This document shows positions 49,327-59,236 of a stretch of DNA of 64,000 bases, piece by piece; the first letter of the stretch is position 1; the number at the start of each line of letters is the position of its first letter. Position numbers and translations under genes: made by a program. The stretch lies in assembly GCA_029210745.1 (NCBI GenBank), contig JARGFI010000009.1:852-64851 (forward strand), read 5' to 3'. Below the pieces are notes generated by a model. The model did no database searches, was not told where the DNA came from, and was given only the letters and a program-made list of their open reading frames with translations. This DNA comes from Desulfuromonadales bacterium (GTDB lineage: Bacteria; Desulfobacterota; Desulfuromonadia; Desulfuromonadales; JAHYIW01).

Positions 49327-50766
49327 TTAACGTAATAGTTGCAGCATGAAATGACCGCGGAGAAGTTCATGGAATTTATTGATTTCTTCAAAAGCCAGTT
49401 TCAGACGCCCTTTTTCCATGTGATTGAGTCTGTCGATGCTGATGTAATTGTTTGCTTCGCGACCGGCACGCAGAGACTCGACCTGGCAGCGCAGGCGCAA
49501 AAAAACCAGAAAATTGTAACTGGCTTCGAGGTCATCGGCCACACTCTGCTTGAAAACACTTGCCTTGACCAACCCCTGGATGCGTTCGATCGTTCCCCCC
49601 TCCATAACCCCGGCTTCAAGAGCCAATGCCTTGACCCCCTCGGTTACAGTGAAAATGCCGGTTTTTTTGATATCGATTTTGCCCCGATGTTCTCCTTCAC
49701 GTTCGACCTTGATCCTGCCGAAAAGGCCGACCGGCGTCCTGAAGCGGACGGCATTTGCCGCCGCATGCATAAGAAACCGCTTGTCTTTGCTGAAATACGT
49801 TGCCAGCCACGCTTTGATCTCGCGCTCAAATCCGCGATCACCATAGACCGTGCGTAAATCAAAAAACATACTTCCGGTCAGAATGTTTTCAGGGGTCGGC
49901 GTCTCCAGCCATTTTTGCAGAATGGCATTCCAGGCAGAATGACTGCGTCGCCAGAGATCGTTTTTCGCCATGATCCCGCCGGGACATGCAGGAACCCCGA
50001 TATCGATCAGGGCATCGATCAAGGCATGTGAAAACAGCTTGACCTGGTCTACCTCTTCTGGAGTCAGGTCGTCCGCGTAAATAATAGCATTATCCTGGTC
50101 GGTGGTCAGCGTTTGCTCACGGCGGCCTTCGCTGCCGAGGACGATAAATGCAAAGCGGTTGGTCACATTGGCAAACTTCTGGGTGCGCAGCAGGGTAATC
50201 AAACGCAGCAGCAACTGGTCGTTGAGGTGGGCGATCATCGTCACCAGATCACGCGTGGGGACGCCGGTGCCGATCAGATGCAGCACCAACCCCTGAATCT
50301 GGCGGTGGAGCTCCTTCAGCTCATTGATCGACTGTGCCTCTTCAATGTCCCTGACCAGCTTTTGCGGTGAATGGGTCTGCAACTGCAAAATGTCTGAATC
50401 GGTAATGATTCCGACCAGGCGATGATCCTTGTCGACGACACAGACACGGTGAATATTGTTGCGCGAAATGGTGTACAGGGCTTCGAAAATAAAAGCATCT
50501 TCCGGGACGGTGATTAATGGCTGGTTCATGATTTCGCTGGCGGTGAGGGTTGTCGGATCAATCCCCTCCGCCACAATTTTGTTACGCAGATCACGATCCG
50601 TGAGGATGCCGATCGGTTGCGACGCTTCACAGACGACCATGCTCGATATCTTCTGCTCACGCATGGCCGCGGCGACCTGCAATACAGAATCGGTATGCGC
50701 ACAGCTTGCAACGGTATTGCGGCAGTAGTATTTGACAGGCTGAAAAAGCAGGTTCACTTCGGACAT
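49327..50766 (-). CDS. CBS-pair + DUF294 nucleotidyltransferase-like protein
   Basis: Two CBS domains (GILTDRDL, GIITDSD); LGSEGRREQT..TDQDNA; CPGGIMAKN; DUF294_C DIKKTG. Confidence 0.88.
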   Translation of the reverse strand: MSEVNLLFQPVKYYCRNTVASCAHTDSVLQVAAAMREQKISSMVVCEASQPIGILTDRDLRNKIVAEGIDPTTLTASEIMNQPLITVPEDAFIFEALYTISRNNIHRVCVVDKDHRLVGIITDSDILQLQTHSPQKLVRDIEEAQSINELKELHRQIQGLVLHLIGTGVPTRDLVTMIAHLNDQLLLRLITLLRTQKFANVTNRFAFIVLGSEGRREQTLTTDQDNAIIYADDLTPEEVDQVKLFSHALIDALIDIGVPACPGGIMAKNDLWRRSHSAWNAILQKWLETPTPENILTGSMFFDLRTVYGDRGFEREIKAWLATYFSKDKRFLMHAAANAVRFRTPVGLFGRIKVEREGEHRGKIDIKKTGIFTVTEGVKALALEAGVMEGGTIERIQGLVKASVFKQSVADDLEASYNFLVFLRLRCQVESLRAGREANNYISIDRLNHMEKGRLKLAFEEINKFHELLRGHFMLQLLR

Positions 50767-50923
50767 CAGACTCACCGACCTTTCGTGCGGGTATATCAGG
50801 ATTAACTTAGCTTCGAACGGGCCAGCAGACAAGCAGAAAAGAATTTTTTGGATATTTTCACTGGACGCAAGGGGACTTGACCGTTACCATCATGCTGGTA
50901 TCAATTATACAGGAATACGCCTT

Positions 50924-51559
50924 ATGGAAGAGATTCTGAACCGTTATCAGCAGCTACTTGAAACCGTCGACACCTGGTTCGCCCGCTCCCAGGCGCAGGC
51001 CGCTGATCAGGTGCGCTGCTCCCGCGGTTGTTCCGCCTGTTGCCGGGGGCTGTTCGACATTACCCTGCTCGATGCCCGGCTGCTGCAAGCCGGTTTCGTC
51101 CGACTATCCATTGCACAGCAGGAAACAGCGCTGGCTAAGGCGCGGGAGCGGCTGGCACAGTTGCAGGACAAATGGCCCGGCTTCGACCATCCCTTTACTC
51201 TCAACCATCTCCCTGACGAGGAGTGGGTTGAAATGCCGGAAGATGATGAGACGCCATGTCCGTTGCTCGTTGCTGACCAATGTCTGGTCTATGAACACCG
51301 ACCGCTGATCTGCCGTTCGCACGGCATTCCGCATATCGACCACAGTGGCGAAGTCTTTGATGACCGCTGGTGCACGCGTAACTTTCCAGCGACCGACCCG
51401 CTGCACATGACCGAACTGCGATGGCATTTCCGTACCACCTATGCAAACGAAATCCAGCTTTTTCGGCGTTTCACGACGAAGTTGCTCGGTTACCCGGTGG
51501 GTGAGCTGGACACCTTTATCCCCGTCGCATTGCTGATCAACTTCGATGATTTTTCTTAG
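50924..51559 (+). CDS. YkgJ family cysteine-cluster protein
   Basis: CSRGCSACC ... CPLL ... CLVYEHRPLICR. Confidence 0.88.
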   Translation: MEEILNRYQQLLETVDTWFARSQAQAADQVRCSRGCSACCRGLFDITLLDARLLQAGFVRLSIAQQETALAKARERLAQLQDKWPGFDHPFTLNHLPDEEWVEMPEDDETPCPLLVADQCLVYEHRPLICRSHGIPHIDHSGEVFDDRWCTRNFPATDPLHMTELRWHFRTTYANEIQLFRRFTTKLLGYPVGELDTFIPVALLINFDDFS

Positions 51560-51630
51560 CCATCCATTTTTTTGGCGATTACATCAAGAGGTGGAGAGTA
51601 TAGCTGAACCACGCAACCCGGAAGAAGGTT

Positions 51631-52287
51631 ATGAAAAACAATCAATCGACGCATCAATACTCACCGCGAGAAGAGAAAATCAATATTATTTCTCATGCCT
51701 TCGGCCTGATCTTGAGCTGCGGCGCAACAGCGGTATTAGTCACCGCTGCGGCGCTGTACGGCACGGTCTGGCATATCGTCAGTTTCAGCCTGTTCGGTGC
51801 AAGTTTGATCGTCCTTTATGCGGCATCAACCTGTTATCACACCGCGACCAGTCGGGAACGGCGGCACCGCCTCAAGATTTTTGATCACGCGGCAATTTAT
51901 GTGCTCATTGCCGGGACCTATACCCCCTTTACACTGGTCACTCTCAACGGGACAATCGGCTGGATTCTGTTCGGCGTTACCTGGGGCATTGCGTTGATCG
52001 GCGTCACCCTGAAGCTGTTTTATACCGGACGTTATGACATCATCTCGACCCTCATGTACATCCTGATGGGGTGGGTCATTGTTTTCGCGATCAAGCCGCT
52101 GCTGAGCAACTTCCCGTTTCCAGGCTTTCTCTGGCTGCTCAGCGGCGGTATTGCTTACACCCTCGGAGCGATCCTCTATAGCATCAAGCAGATAAAATTC
52201 AATCACGCACTCTTTCACTTTCTGGTTCTTGTCGGCAGTTTCTGCCATTTTATCTCGGTCTTCTTTTACGTTTTGCCCCGCCACTGA
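51631..52287 (+). CDS. Hemolysin III/PAQR family membrane protein
   Basis: EEKINIISH, STCYH, DHAAIYVLIAGTYTP, HALFHFLV. Confidence 0.93.
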   Translation: MKNNQSTHQYSPREEKINIISHAFGLILSCGATAVLVTAAALYGTVWHIVSFSLFGASLIVLYAASTCYHTATSRERRHRLKIFDHAAIYVLIAGTYTPFTLVTLNGTIGWILFGVTWGIALIGVTLKLFYTGRYDIISTLMYILMGWVIVFAIKPLLSNFPFPGFLWLLSGGIAYTLGAILYSIKQIKFNHALFHFLVLVGSFCHFISVFFYVLPRH

Positions 52288-52376
52288 CGCGCCCTCGCGG
52301 CGGTCGTGTTGATTTCAATCGAGTGTGCGCCGGAAGACAGGTTAAAACGGTTGCTGAAACAGAATGGATTATTGTC

Positions 52377-52721
52377 GTGAAATACAGTCCTGATATCCAC
52401 CATCGTCATTCTGTGCGATTGCGGGGTTACGATTATTCCCAGGCTGGTGCGTATTTTGTGACCATTTGCACCCAGAACCGGGAATGCCTGTTTGGGGATA
52501 TCGTAGACAGGGAAATGCGGTTGAATGATGCGGGGGAAATGGTTCAAATGGTTTGGGCCGAAATGCCAGCGAATTATCCAGGTGTCAATATCGATCAAAT
52601 CGTAATCATGCCCAACCATATCCACGGAATTATCGTGATCGTAGGGGCGGCCCCCTGTGGCCGCCCTGATTTAGGGCAACCACAGGGGGTTGCCCCTACG
52701 GTCCGCTGCGCGGTGGATTAA
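52377..52721 (+). pseudogene. Truncated REP-associated tyrosine transposase (RAYT, Y1/HUH family)
   Basis: HHRHSVRLRGYDYSQAGAYFVTICT and MPNHIHGI (HUH); stops shortly after, with no C-terminal catalytic Tyr region. Confidence 0.8.
52641..52699. repeat. Inverted pair of GTAG-type REP palindromes (REPIN-like)
   Basis: GTAG-GGGCGGCC-CCCTGT-GGCCGCCC, a 7-bp spacer, then an inverted GTAG-GGGCAACC-CCCTGT-GGTTGCCC. Confidence 0.85.
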
Positions 52722-52730
52722 CCCCCCGCC

Positions 52731-53663
52731 TCAGCGCAGCAACGCCAGCGTCCAGCAACCAACCACCGTCAGCCAGCATCCTGCCGCCAGCAGTGTGTTG
52801 ACTAAGGGGCTCGGTCGCTGGCGAATATTTAAATACTGGCCGACGCTGACCCCCAGCACCAGACCGCTGCCGAAGCCGAACAGATGCGCGCCGATATCGG
52901 TGGTTTCTTCCCCGACGCCAAGCATCGCCAAAAGCGCGCAACCGGCGGCAAAGGGGAGGAGTTGACGACTGCCGAGGTGGTGGCGGTAGCGCAGAAAATT
53001 GTATGTCGCGACGATGCCGAGAACGCCGAAGACGGCGGTTGATGCACCAATGGAGCGATGCGCTGGATGTTGCAGCCAGGCGTTGAGCAGATTGCCCGTT
53101 GTCCCGACCAGCAGGCACAAGGTCCAGGCCAGACCGTTGCCGAATTCGCGGGCGAGCCAGAAGATGAAAATGCCGCCGACCATTACGTTGCCGAAGAGGT
53201 GAAAACCATCGGCGTGAAGGGTCAGTGCGGTTACGGCGCGCCACCATTCTCCGTTCATGATCAGGTCGGCGTGGGCATTCCCCAGACTGTTCCAGTTGAC
53301 CGGATGATGCCCGGCCAAATTGATCTGCTGGAGGGTCAGGTCATAAAACAGGCCGACAAGGGTGAGTGTCGTCAGGGTGCCGAGGAGGGCCTCCGCCGGG
53401 GCAGAAGGGAGGGGCAGGGGCGGTGGCCAGCCACGATTTTCAGTGCTGTGAAGTTGCAGTTGCCGGAGTGCTTCAGCATAGTGCTCAGCCGGGACACGTA
53501 ATTGATAGCCTTGTTCAGAACGGTCGGTTGAGTGTGGAATCATTCGTGCGGAGAGAACCAGCACGCGCAGACGTGCTTGGCGGCGGGTGATGAAAGGGGA
53601 GCTGTCCTGGTGCAGAAGGTCGGCGGGAAGGGGGGGCCAGTTGGTGGTGTCTGGTGTGTCCAT
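52731..53663 (-). CDS. Rhomboid-family intramembrane serine protease
   Basis: GEWWRAVTALTLH, HLFGN, GASTAVFG (Ser), AHLFG (His). Confidence 0.9.
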   Translation of the reverse strand: MDTPDTTNWPPLPADLLHQDSSPFITRRQARLRVLVLSARMIPHSTDRSEQGYQLRVPAEHYAEALRQLQLHSTENRGWPPPLPLPSAPAEALLGTLTTLTLVGLFYDLTLQQINLAGHHPVNWNSLGNAHADLIMNGEWWRAVTALTLHADGFHLFGNVMVGGIFIFWLAREFGNGLAWTLCLLVGTTGNLLNAWLQHPAHRSIGASTAVFGVLGIVATYNFLRYRHHLGSRQLLPFAAGCALLAMLGVGEETTDIGAHLFGFGSGLVLGVSVGQYLNIRQRPSPLVNTLLAAGCWLTVVGCWTLALLR

Positions 53664-53691
53664 GATTAGAGTCACGTGTTCCGGCGGCGAT

Positions 53692-54627
53692 TCACACCCC
53701 GAGGAGCAACAGGATCAACGTATAGCTGAGCGCCGAAGCCAAGGTAGAGAGCATGATAATCGAACCGGAAAGTTGTGCGTCGCCTTTAAGTTGGTGGGCC
53801 AGAATATAGTTGGCGGTGGCTGACGGTGTCCCGGCAAGGACGATCCCGACCGCCAGGTTGATCCCCTCAACCCCGAGCAGCGTCAACAGAAAAGCGGCAA
53901 GGAGAGGGACACCGATCAATTTGAACAGTGTCGCGATCGACGCTGCAACCAGATCACCGCGTAGCCGCGCGGCGGAAAATGATCCGCCGATGGCGAGCAG
54001 TGCCAGCGGCAGCGTCATGCCGCCGACGATCCGCAATCCACCTTCAACCGCGACCGGCAGCGACCAGTTGAAAAAACTCCAGGCAATGCCGAGAAAAGAA
54101 GCGATGATCAGCGGGTTGAGTGCCAGTTGCCTGACCCAGAATATCGCCGGAGTGCCTGCTTCATTGCCGCGCTGTGGCAGCAGGAGCGCACTGATCGCGC
54201 AGAGGTTGAGGACTGGCACCAGAAAGCCCATCAGAATACCGGCGCGGGTCAGGCCCGGTTCTCCGTAAGCGTTAAACGCAATCGCCAGTCCGACATAAGC
54301 AAGATTCCCGCGAAACGCCCCTTGGCTGAAAGCGCCGCGCATTGCCGGGGCGTAGCCACGCAGGGTGGCATAGCCATAGGAAAGAAAGAAAGCCAGAACA
54401 ATCGCCAGGGACGAGCCAAGAACCAGTCGCGCATCGAAATTTGCACGGAAATCAGCCGTTCCGATCTTGTAAAAGAGGAGCAGCGGGAGGGCCACATAAA
54501 AGACCAGCCGGTTGGTTTGCTGGAGGAATTCCTCATTGATCAGACGCAGATATTTGAGCAGCGCACCGAGACCGATGACCAGAAAAACAGGGAGCACGAT
54601 GTTGAGGATGGCGATGAAATTAGTCAT
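53692..54627 (-). CDS. AEC (auxin efflux carrier) family transporter
   Basis: LPVFLVI, FRGNLAYVGL, NPLIIA, PLALLAIG, PSA; about 10 TM helices. Confidence 0.9.
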   Translation of the reverse strand: MTNFIAILNIVLPVFLVIGLGALLKYLRLINEEFLQQTNRLVFYVALPLLLFYKIGTADFRANFDARLVLGSSLAIVLAFFLSYGYATLRGYAPAMRGAFSQGAFRGNLAYVGLAIAFNAYGEPGLTRAGILMGFLVPVLNLCAISALLLPQRGNEAGTPAIFWVRQLALNPLIIASFLGIAWSFFNWSLPVAVEGGLRIVGGMTLPLALLAIGGSFSAARLRGDLVAASIATLFKLIGVPLLAAFLLTLLGVEGINLAVGIVLAGTPSATANYILAHQLKGDAQLSGSIIMLSTLASALSYTLILLLLGV

Positions 54628-54747
54628 TCAATTACTCCTGAAGGTCTTCACAATACAATGGAAGCCTCACCCTGTCCATGCCAAATAACCAGTTACAAGT
54701 GAGCGATAAAACTTGAATGTCGAATCATCCGGTATTAGTATGAGCGG

Positions 54748-55857
54748 ATGAATAAAGGGAATAATCTGCGCCTTGCGACGTTGGTCGTGCTCGTCATCCT
54801 GATCTCGTCGCTGCACTATTTCACAACCACCCAGTTGCCGCAGTTTCACGACGTCTATCGCCGCCTTTACTATATCCCGATTGTACTCGGCGGGCTGTGG
54901 TTCGGTTTGCGCGGTGGTCTGGGCGTTTCTCTGGCGGCATCCTTGCTCTACGCTCCCCATATCGTCTTCCAATGGGGACACCATCCGACATCCAGCCCCG
55001 AGAAATTTCTTGAAATCATGCTCTACAATATCATCGGGGGCTTGACCGGTTTTCTGGCCGCGCGTGAACGCGAGCAGAAAATCAAATATCAACGGGCCGC
55101 GCAGCGGTTGGAACACAGCTATGACAAGCTGCGCGAACAGGCTGACCAGATTCTCGATATTGAAGAGCAATTGCGTCGCGCTGATCGTTTGTCGGCGCTG
55201 GGTGAATTGTCGGCGGGAATGGCGCATGAAATCCGCAACCCCCTGGGGTCGATCCGCGGGACCGCTGAAATCCTGCGCGACGGGGTCAGGCCGGATGATC
55301 GTCATTACGAATTTGCCAGCATCCTGATTCGTGAGGTCGATCGATTGAATCAGGTTGTCGGTGATTTTCTCAACTTTGCCCGTCCGCAATCAAACGAGCG
55401 CGGTCATTTTGATCTGGTCAATGTGCTGCGCGAGGTGCTGGTGCTGACCGCTCAGCAGGCGAAGGCCAATCATGTCACGCTGAATTTCACGCCGCAAGGT
55501 CCGTGCCCCTTGCAGGGGGACGCCGAGCAGCTCAAACAGGTTTTTTTAAATCTGGTTCTGAATGCACTTCAGGCCATGCCGCAGGGGGGGGCACTCGATA
55601 TTGAGATTGACGTCAGGGAGCTGGTAACGATTCGTTTTCGTGACACGGGTCAGGGGATTCCCGCCGATCAGCTTGACAAGATTTTCAATCCGTTTTTTAC
55701 CTCCCGCAGTGAAGGGACCGGCCTTGGCCTGGCGATCACCCATCGGATTATTCAGGGGCATGGCGGGCGCATTGATGTCGCAAGCAAAGTGGGACAAGGG
55801 ACGACGTTCACTCTTGTTCTGCCGCTCCACACCAACGACAAAGAACGGGCATTATGA
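54748..55857 (+). CDS. Membrane sensor histidine kinase (NtrB-like)
   Basis: 4 TM helices; H-box AHEIRNPL, NLVLNA, DTGQGI, FNPFFT, GTGLGL. Confidence 0.93.
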   Translation: MNKGNNLRLATLVVLVILISSLHYFTTTQLPQFHDVYRRLYYIPIVLGGLWFGLRGGLGVSLAASLLYAPHIVFQWGHHPTSSPEKFLEIMLYNIIGGLTGFLAAREREQKIKYQRAAQRLEHSYDKLREQADQILDIEEQLRRADRLSALGELSAGMAHEIRNPLGSIRGTAEILRDGVRPDDRHYEFASILIREVDRLNQVVGDFLNFARPQSNERGHFDLVNVLREVLVLTAQQAKANHVTLNFTPQGPCPLQGDAEQLKQVFLNLVLNALQAMPQGGALDIEIDVRELVTIRFRDTGQGIPADQLDKIFNPFFTSRSEGTGLGLAITHRIIQGHGGRIDVASKVGQGTTFTLVLPLHTNDKERAL

Positions 55858-57233
55858 GCGAAATTAACGTGCAATCGGGACCGGTGTTGATTGTCGATGA
55901 TGATGATTCGCTGCGGCGGGTTATGGAATACACCCTCACTGAAGCCGGTTATCGCATATTGACCGCTGCCGACGGTGAACAGGGCCTGGACCTTTTTCAC
56001 AGCGTCTATCCGGCGGTGGTCATCACCGATCTGCAGATGCCGAGGAAGAGCGGCTATGACGTTCTCAAAGAGATCAAGAAGACTCGCCCGGAAACCCTTG
56101 TGGTTGTGATCACGGCTTATGGCACGGTCGATAAAGCGGTGGAAGCGATGAAACTCGGTGCCTATGATTTTCTCACCAAACCGTTCAGTCAGGATGAGTT
56201 GCGTCTGGTTATTGCCAATGCCAGCGCTTTTTGTGCGATGCGTGATGAAAATCGCAAACTGAAGGAAAAACTGGCGACCAGAATCGATTTTTCGCGTATT
56301 GTCGGCACGTCCACGGCGATGCGTGAAGTTTTTGATGTGGTACGACGGGTCGCTTCAAGTGAAGCGACGGTGCTGATTTCCGGCGAATCGGGGACGGGTA
56401 AGGAGTTGGTTGCCGCTGCGCTGCATCACGGCAGTGAACGCGCAGCGGAAGCGTTTATTCCTGTCAACTGCGCTGCAATTCCGGCAGAGCTGCTCGAAAG
56501 CGAACTTTTCGGGCATGTCAAGGGCGCTTTTACCGGAGCGATTCGTGATCGCCCCGGTAAATTCGAGTTGGCAAACGGGGGCACGTTGTTTCTTGACGAG
56601 GTCGGAGAATTGCCGTTGGTCCTTCAGCCCAAACTGTTGCGCGCCATCCAGGAGCGCGAAATCACTCCGGTCGGCGGGATGGCAAGGAAGGTTGATGTGC
56701 GGCTGATCGCAGCGACCAATCGAGATCTGGCTACGGCGTGTGCTGAAGGTGATTTCCGCGAAGATCTTTATTATCGCCTGGCGGTCATTCCGTTGCATCT
56801 GCCTCCGTTGCGTGAGCGTCGTGACGATATTCCGTTGCTGGTGCGCCATTTTTTTGATAAACACGCCAAGGGCGTTACGGTGTCGATCAGTGACGATGCG
56901 CTTGCCGAGCTGTGCGCGGCGAACTGGCCGGGGAACGTTCGGGAACTGGAAAACACTATCGAACGGTTGTTGATCATGCGGCGTAGTGACCGCATTGAAC
57001 GCGCCGACCTGTCCGGTTCCAGAGCGCAGTCGCGACATAAAACAGCCAGTACGGTGCTCAACCTTCCCGATGACGGGTTCTCCCTTGAAGAGCTTGAAAA
57101 AATGGCGGTGCTCGAAGCGTTACGCCGCAATCACTGGAACCAGACCCGCGCCGCCGATTTTTTGCGTATTCCACGGCATACGTTGATTTATCGCATCGAG
57201 AAGTATGCATTGAAAAGAAATGGAGAAGAGTAA
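55854..57233 (+). CDS. Sigma-54-dependent response regulator (NtrC family)
   Basis: Receiver domain, [23 protein letters not shown]-terminal Fis-type HTH. Confidence 0.95.
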   Translation: MSEINVQSGPVLIVDDDDSLRRVMEYTLTEAGYRILTAADGEQGLDLFHSVYPAVVITDLQMPRKSGYDVLKEIKKTRPETLVVVITAYGTVDKAVEAMKLGAYDFLTKPFSQDELRLVIANASAFCAMRDENRKLKEKLATRIDFSRIVGTSTAMREVFDVVRRVASSEATVLISGESGTGKELVAAALHHGSERAAEAFIPVNCAAIPAELLESELFGHVKGAFTGAIRDRPGKFELANGGTLFLDEVGELPLVLQPKLLRAIQEREITPVGGMARKVDVRLIAATNRDLATACAEGDFREDLYYRLAVIPLHLPPLRERRDDIPLLVRHFFDKHAKGVTVSISDDALAELCAANWPGNVRELENTIERLLIMRRSDRIERADLSGSRAQSRHKTASTVLNLPDDGFSLEELEKMAVLEALRRNHWNQTRAADFLRIPRHTLIYRIEKYALKRNGEE

Positions 57234-57262
57234 ATGCGCCGTCGTCAAAACAGGAGAACAGC

Positions 57263-57736
57263 GTGAGATATCTGGTCGATGAAAATCTTCAGCGGGTGCC
57301 GGATGAGGAGCAATTTACGTTGGATAGCTGGATCGATCTTGCCCCTTTCGAACGGCTGATTGGCCTTGTCATCGAACGGGCCGAAGCAGGGCAGGCCGTT
57401 TTGCATCTCCCGTTTACGGTCAAGTTATCGCAGGGGGGCGGGGTGATGCATGGTGGAGCGTTGACGACACTGGCGGATACTGCCGTGGCGATGGCCATAA
57501 AATCGTTGCTGCCGGAAGGAACCCGCTTTGCAACCACGGAATTGAGCAGTCGTTTTCTGGCCCCGCTTCTCGCTGGACGGGTCACTGCACATGCGCGGAT
57601 CAGCGCCCCCGAAGGACGCACTTTTAGTGGTGAAGCATTGTTGACGGATGAGGATGGTCGGTCGATCATGACCTTCAGCGCAATTTTCAAGGTGGCCAAA
57701 GGGTCACCGCTGCCCGATTTGACTCTATTTTTTTGA
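57263..57736 (+). CDS. PaaI family thioesterase
   Basis: GVMHGGALTTLAD hotdog motif. Confidence 0.88.
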   Translation: MRYLVDENLQRVPDEEQFTLDSWIDLAPFERLIGLVIERAEAGQAVLHLPFTVKLSQGGGVMHGGALTTLADTAVAMAIKSLLPEGTRFATTELSSRFLAPLLAGRVTAHARISAPEGRTFSGEALLTDEDGRSIMTFSAIFKVAKGSPLPDLTLFF

Positions 57737-57747
57737 AAGGTCGATTG

Positions 57748-58254
57748 ATGAAGCGATTTGTTTTTACTGCCGTTTTGATATTATTGCTCGCCACGATAAC
57801 CCCGTGTCTTTCCGCTGAATTTGCAGTGATCGGCGAAGAAGCCCCGGATTTTTCACTCCTTAGTATGAGTGGCGAGAAGGTTTCTCTGCGTGATTATCGC
57901 GGCAAGGCCGTAGTCCTTAACTTTTGGGCGACCTGGTGTCCCCCCTGTCGCGCCGAAATGCCGTCGATGGAGGAGCTGAGCACGCTGCTGGTTGATGAAG
58001 ATTTTGTGATGCTCGCGGTCAACGTCGAACGTGACGGGCGTAACAAGGTCGCCGCGTTTCTGCGTGACAGCCCTCATTCGTTTCCCATTCTCCTTGATGA
58101 AGATGGCCGCGTCCAGCGCAGCTACGGTGTCTATCGTTATCCCGAAACCTTTATCATTCGCCCCGATGGGATTATTGCCGACAAGGTGATTGGGGCGATC
58201 GACTGGAGTGATGCGAAAATTGTTGAGTTCCTGCGTTTTTTGAGTAAAGGCTGA
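57748..58254 (+). CDS. TlpA/ResA thiol-disulfide oxidoreductase
   Basis: Signal anchor, APDF, NFWATWCPPC, YPETF. Confidence 0.92.
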   Translation: MKRFVFTAVLILLLATITPCLSAEFAVIGEEAPDFSLLSMSGEKVSLRDYRGKAVVLNFWATWCPPCRAEMPSMEELSTLLVDEDFVMLAVNVERDGRNKVAAFLRDSPHSFPILLDEDGRVQRSYGVYRYPETFIIRPDGIIADKVIGAIDWSDAKIVEFLRFLSKG

Positions 58255-58259
58255 AGGAT

Positions 58260-59009
58260 ATGGAGACCGGTGCCGATCTTACCGTCTGGATTGCTTTTAC
58301 CGCGGGTGTCTTGTCTTTTTTTTCGCCGTGTGTCCTGCCGCTGATTCCGTCTTATATCACCTATATCACCGGTCTCTCCTTTGCCGAGGTCAATGCTGAG
58401 CAGCAGAGTCAACGGATTCGGCTGGTTATCTTTCTGCATTCATTCGTCTTTGTGATGGGATTTTCTGTCATCTTTATGACTCTGGGGGGGCTTGCCGGGT
58501 TCGCTTCAGCCAGATTTCAGGCGTATCTGCACGACGGGCTGATCTGGCTACAGCGCGGCGGCGGTCTGTTGATCTTTCTCTTCGGGGTGCATTTGAGTGG
58601 ACTTTTCCACTTTGGGGTACTGCTCGGTGACAAGCGCCTGCATTTACGTAACAAGCCCGGCGGATTTTTGGGGACATTCGTTGTTGGTCTCGCTTTTGCG
58701 GCGGGGTGGACACCGTGCATCGGACCGATTCTGGGGAGTATTCTGGCGGTGGTTGCCGGATCCTCTCAAGGGGTCGGCAGCGGGATCGGTTTGCTGGCGG
58801 TTTATTCAGCCGGTCTTGGTGTACCGTTTATTGTTTCCGGTGTTCTGTTCCATCTGTTTATCACCTTCTTTGACCGTTTTCGCAAACACATCCGGCTGGT
58901 GGAGATTTTTACCGGCGGGCTGCTGATGGTCGTGGGGATTTTGCTCTTCTTCGATTTTTTCAAAGCGGTCACCAACTATCTGCTGCGCTGGCTGCCGGTG
59001 CTGGGCTGA
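58260..59009 (+). CDS. ccdA: Cytochrome c biogenesis protein CcdA
   Basis: SFFSPCVLPLIP and WTPCIGPIL motifs. Confidence 0.93.
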   Translation: METGADLTVWIAFTAGVLSFFSPCVLPLIPSYITYITGLSFAEVNAEQQSQRIRLVIFLHSFVFVMGFSVIFMTLGGLAGFASARFQAYLHDGLIWLQRGGGLLIFLFGVHLSGLFHFGVLLGDKRLHLRNKPGGFLGTFVVGLAFAAGWTPCIGPILGSILAVVAGSSQGVGSGIGLLAVYSAGLGVPFIVSGVLFHLFITFFDRFRKHIRLVEIFTGGLLMVVGILLFFDFFKAVTNYLLRWLPVLG

Positions 59010-59024
59010 AATCGGGTTTTGCGG

Positions 59025-59234
59025 TCAGTCCTCGCTGGGGATGCGGAAGACTTCCAGAACACCCGCCAGCGCTTTCAGCTCTTCAGCGGTAATTTGTGTT
59101 GCGTCACCGATGACACCGATAATAACCCGATTTGTCCCTGTCGATTGATGGAAATCGAAATCGCGATTGACCAGATATTCCTTGACACTGCGCAGTTCAT
59201 CCTCAGCCACGTTTTTTTTCATAATAATCAGCAT
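59025..59234 (-). CDS. Stand-alone DAHP synthase N-terminal ferredoxin-like (ACT-like) domain
   Basis: MLIIMKK...HQSTG..RVIIGVIGD...GVLEVFRI resembles the N-terminus of type I-beta DAHP synthases; no catalytic barrel. Confidence 0.75.
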   Translation of the reverse strand: MLIIMKKNVAEDELRSVKEYLVNRDFDFHQSTGTNRVIIGVIGDATQITAEELKALAGVLEVFRIPSED

Positions 59235-59236
59235 CG

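Noticed and set aside
54628..54747. TGGCA half-sites as sigma-54 promoters (also near 49215 and 61201)
   Set aside because: No correctly spaced -12 TGC element follows any of them.
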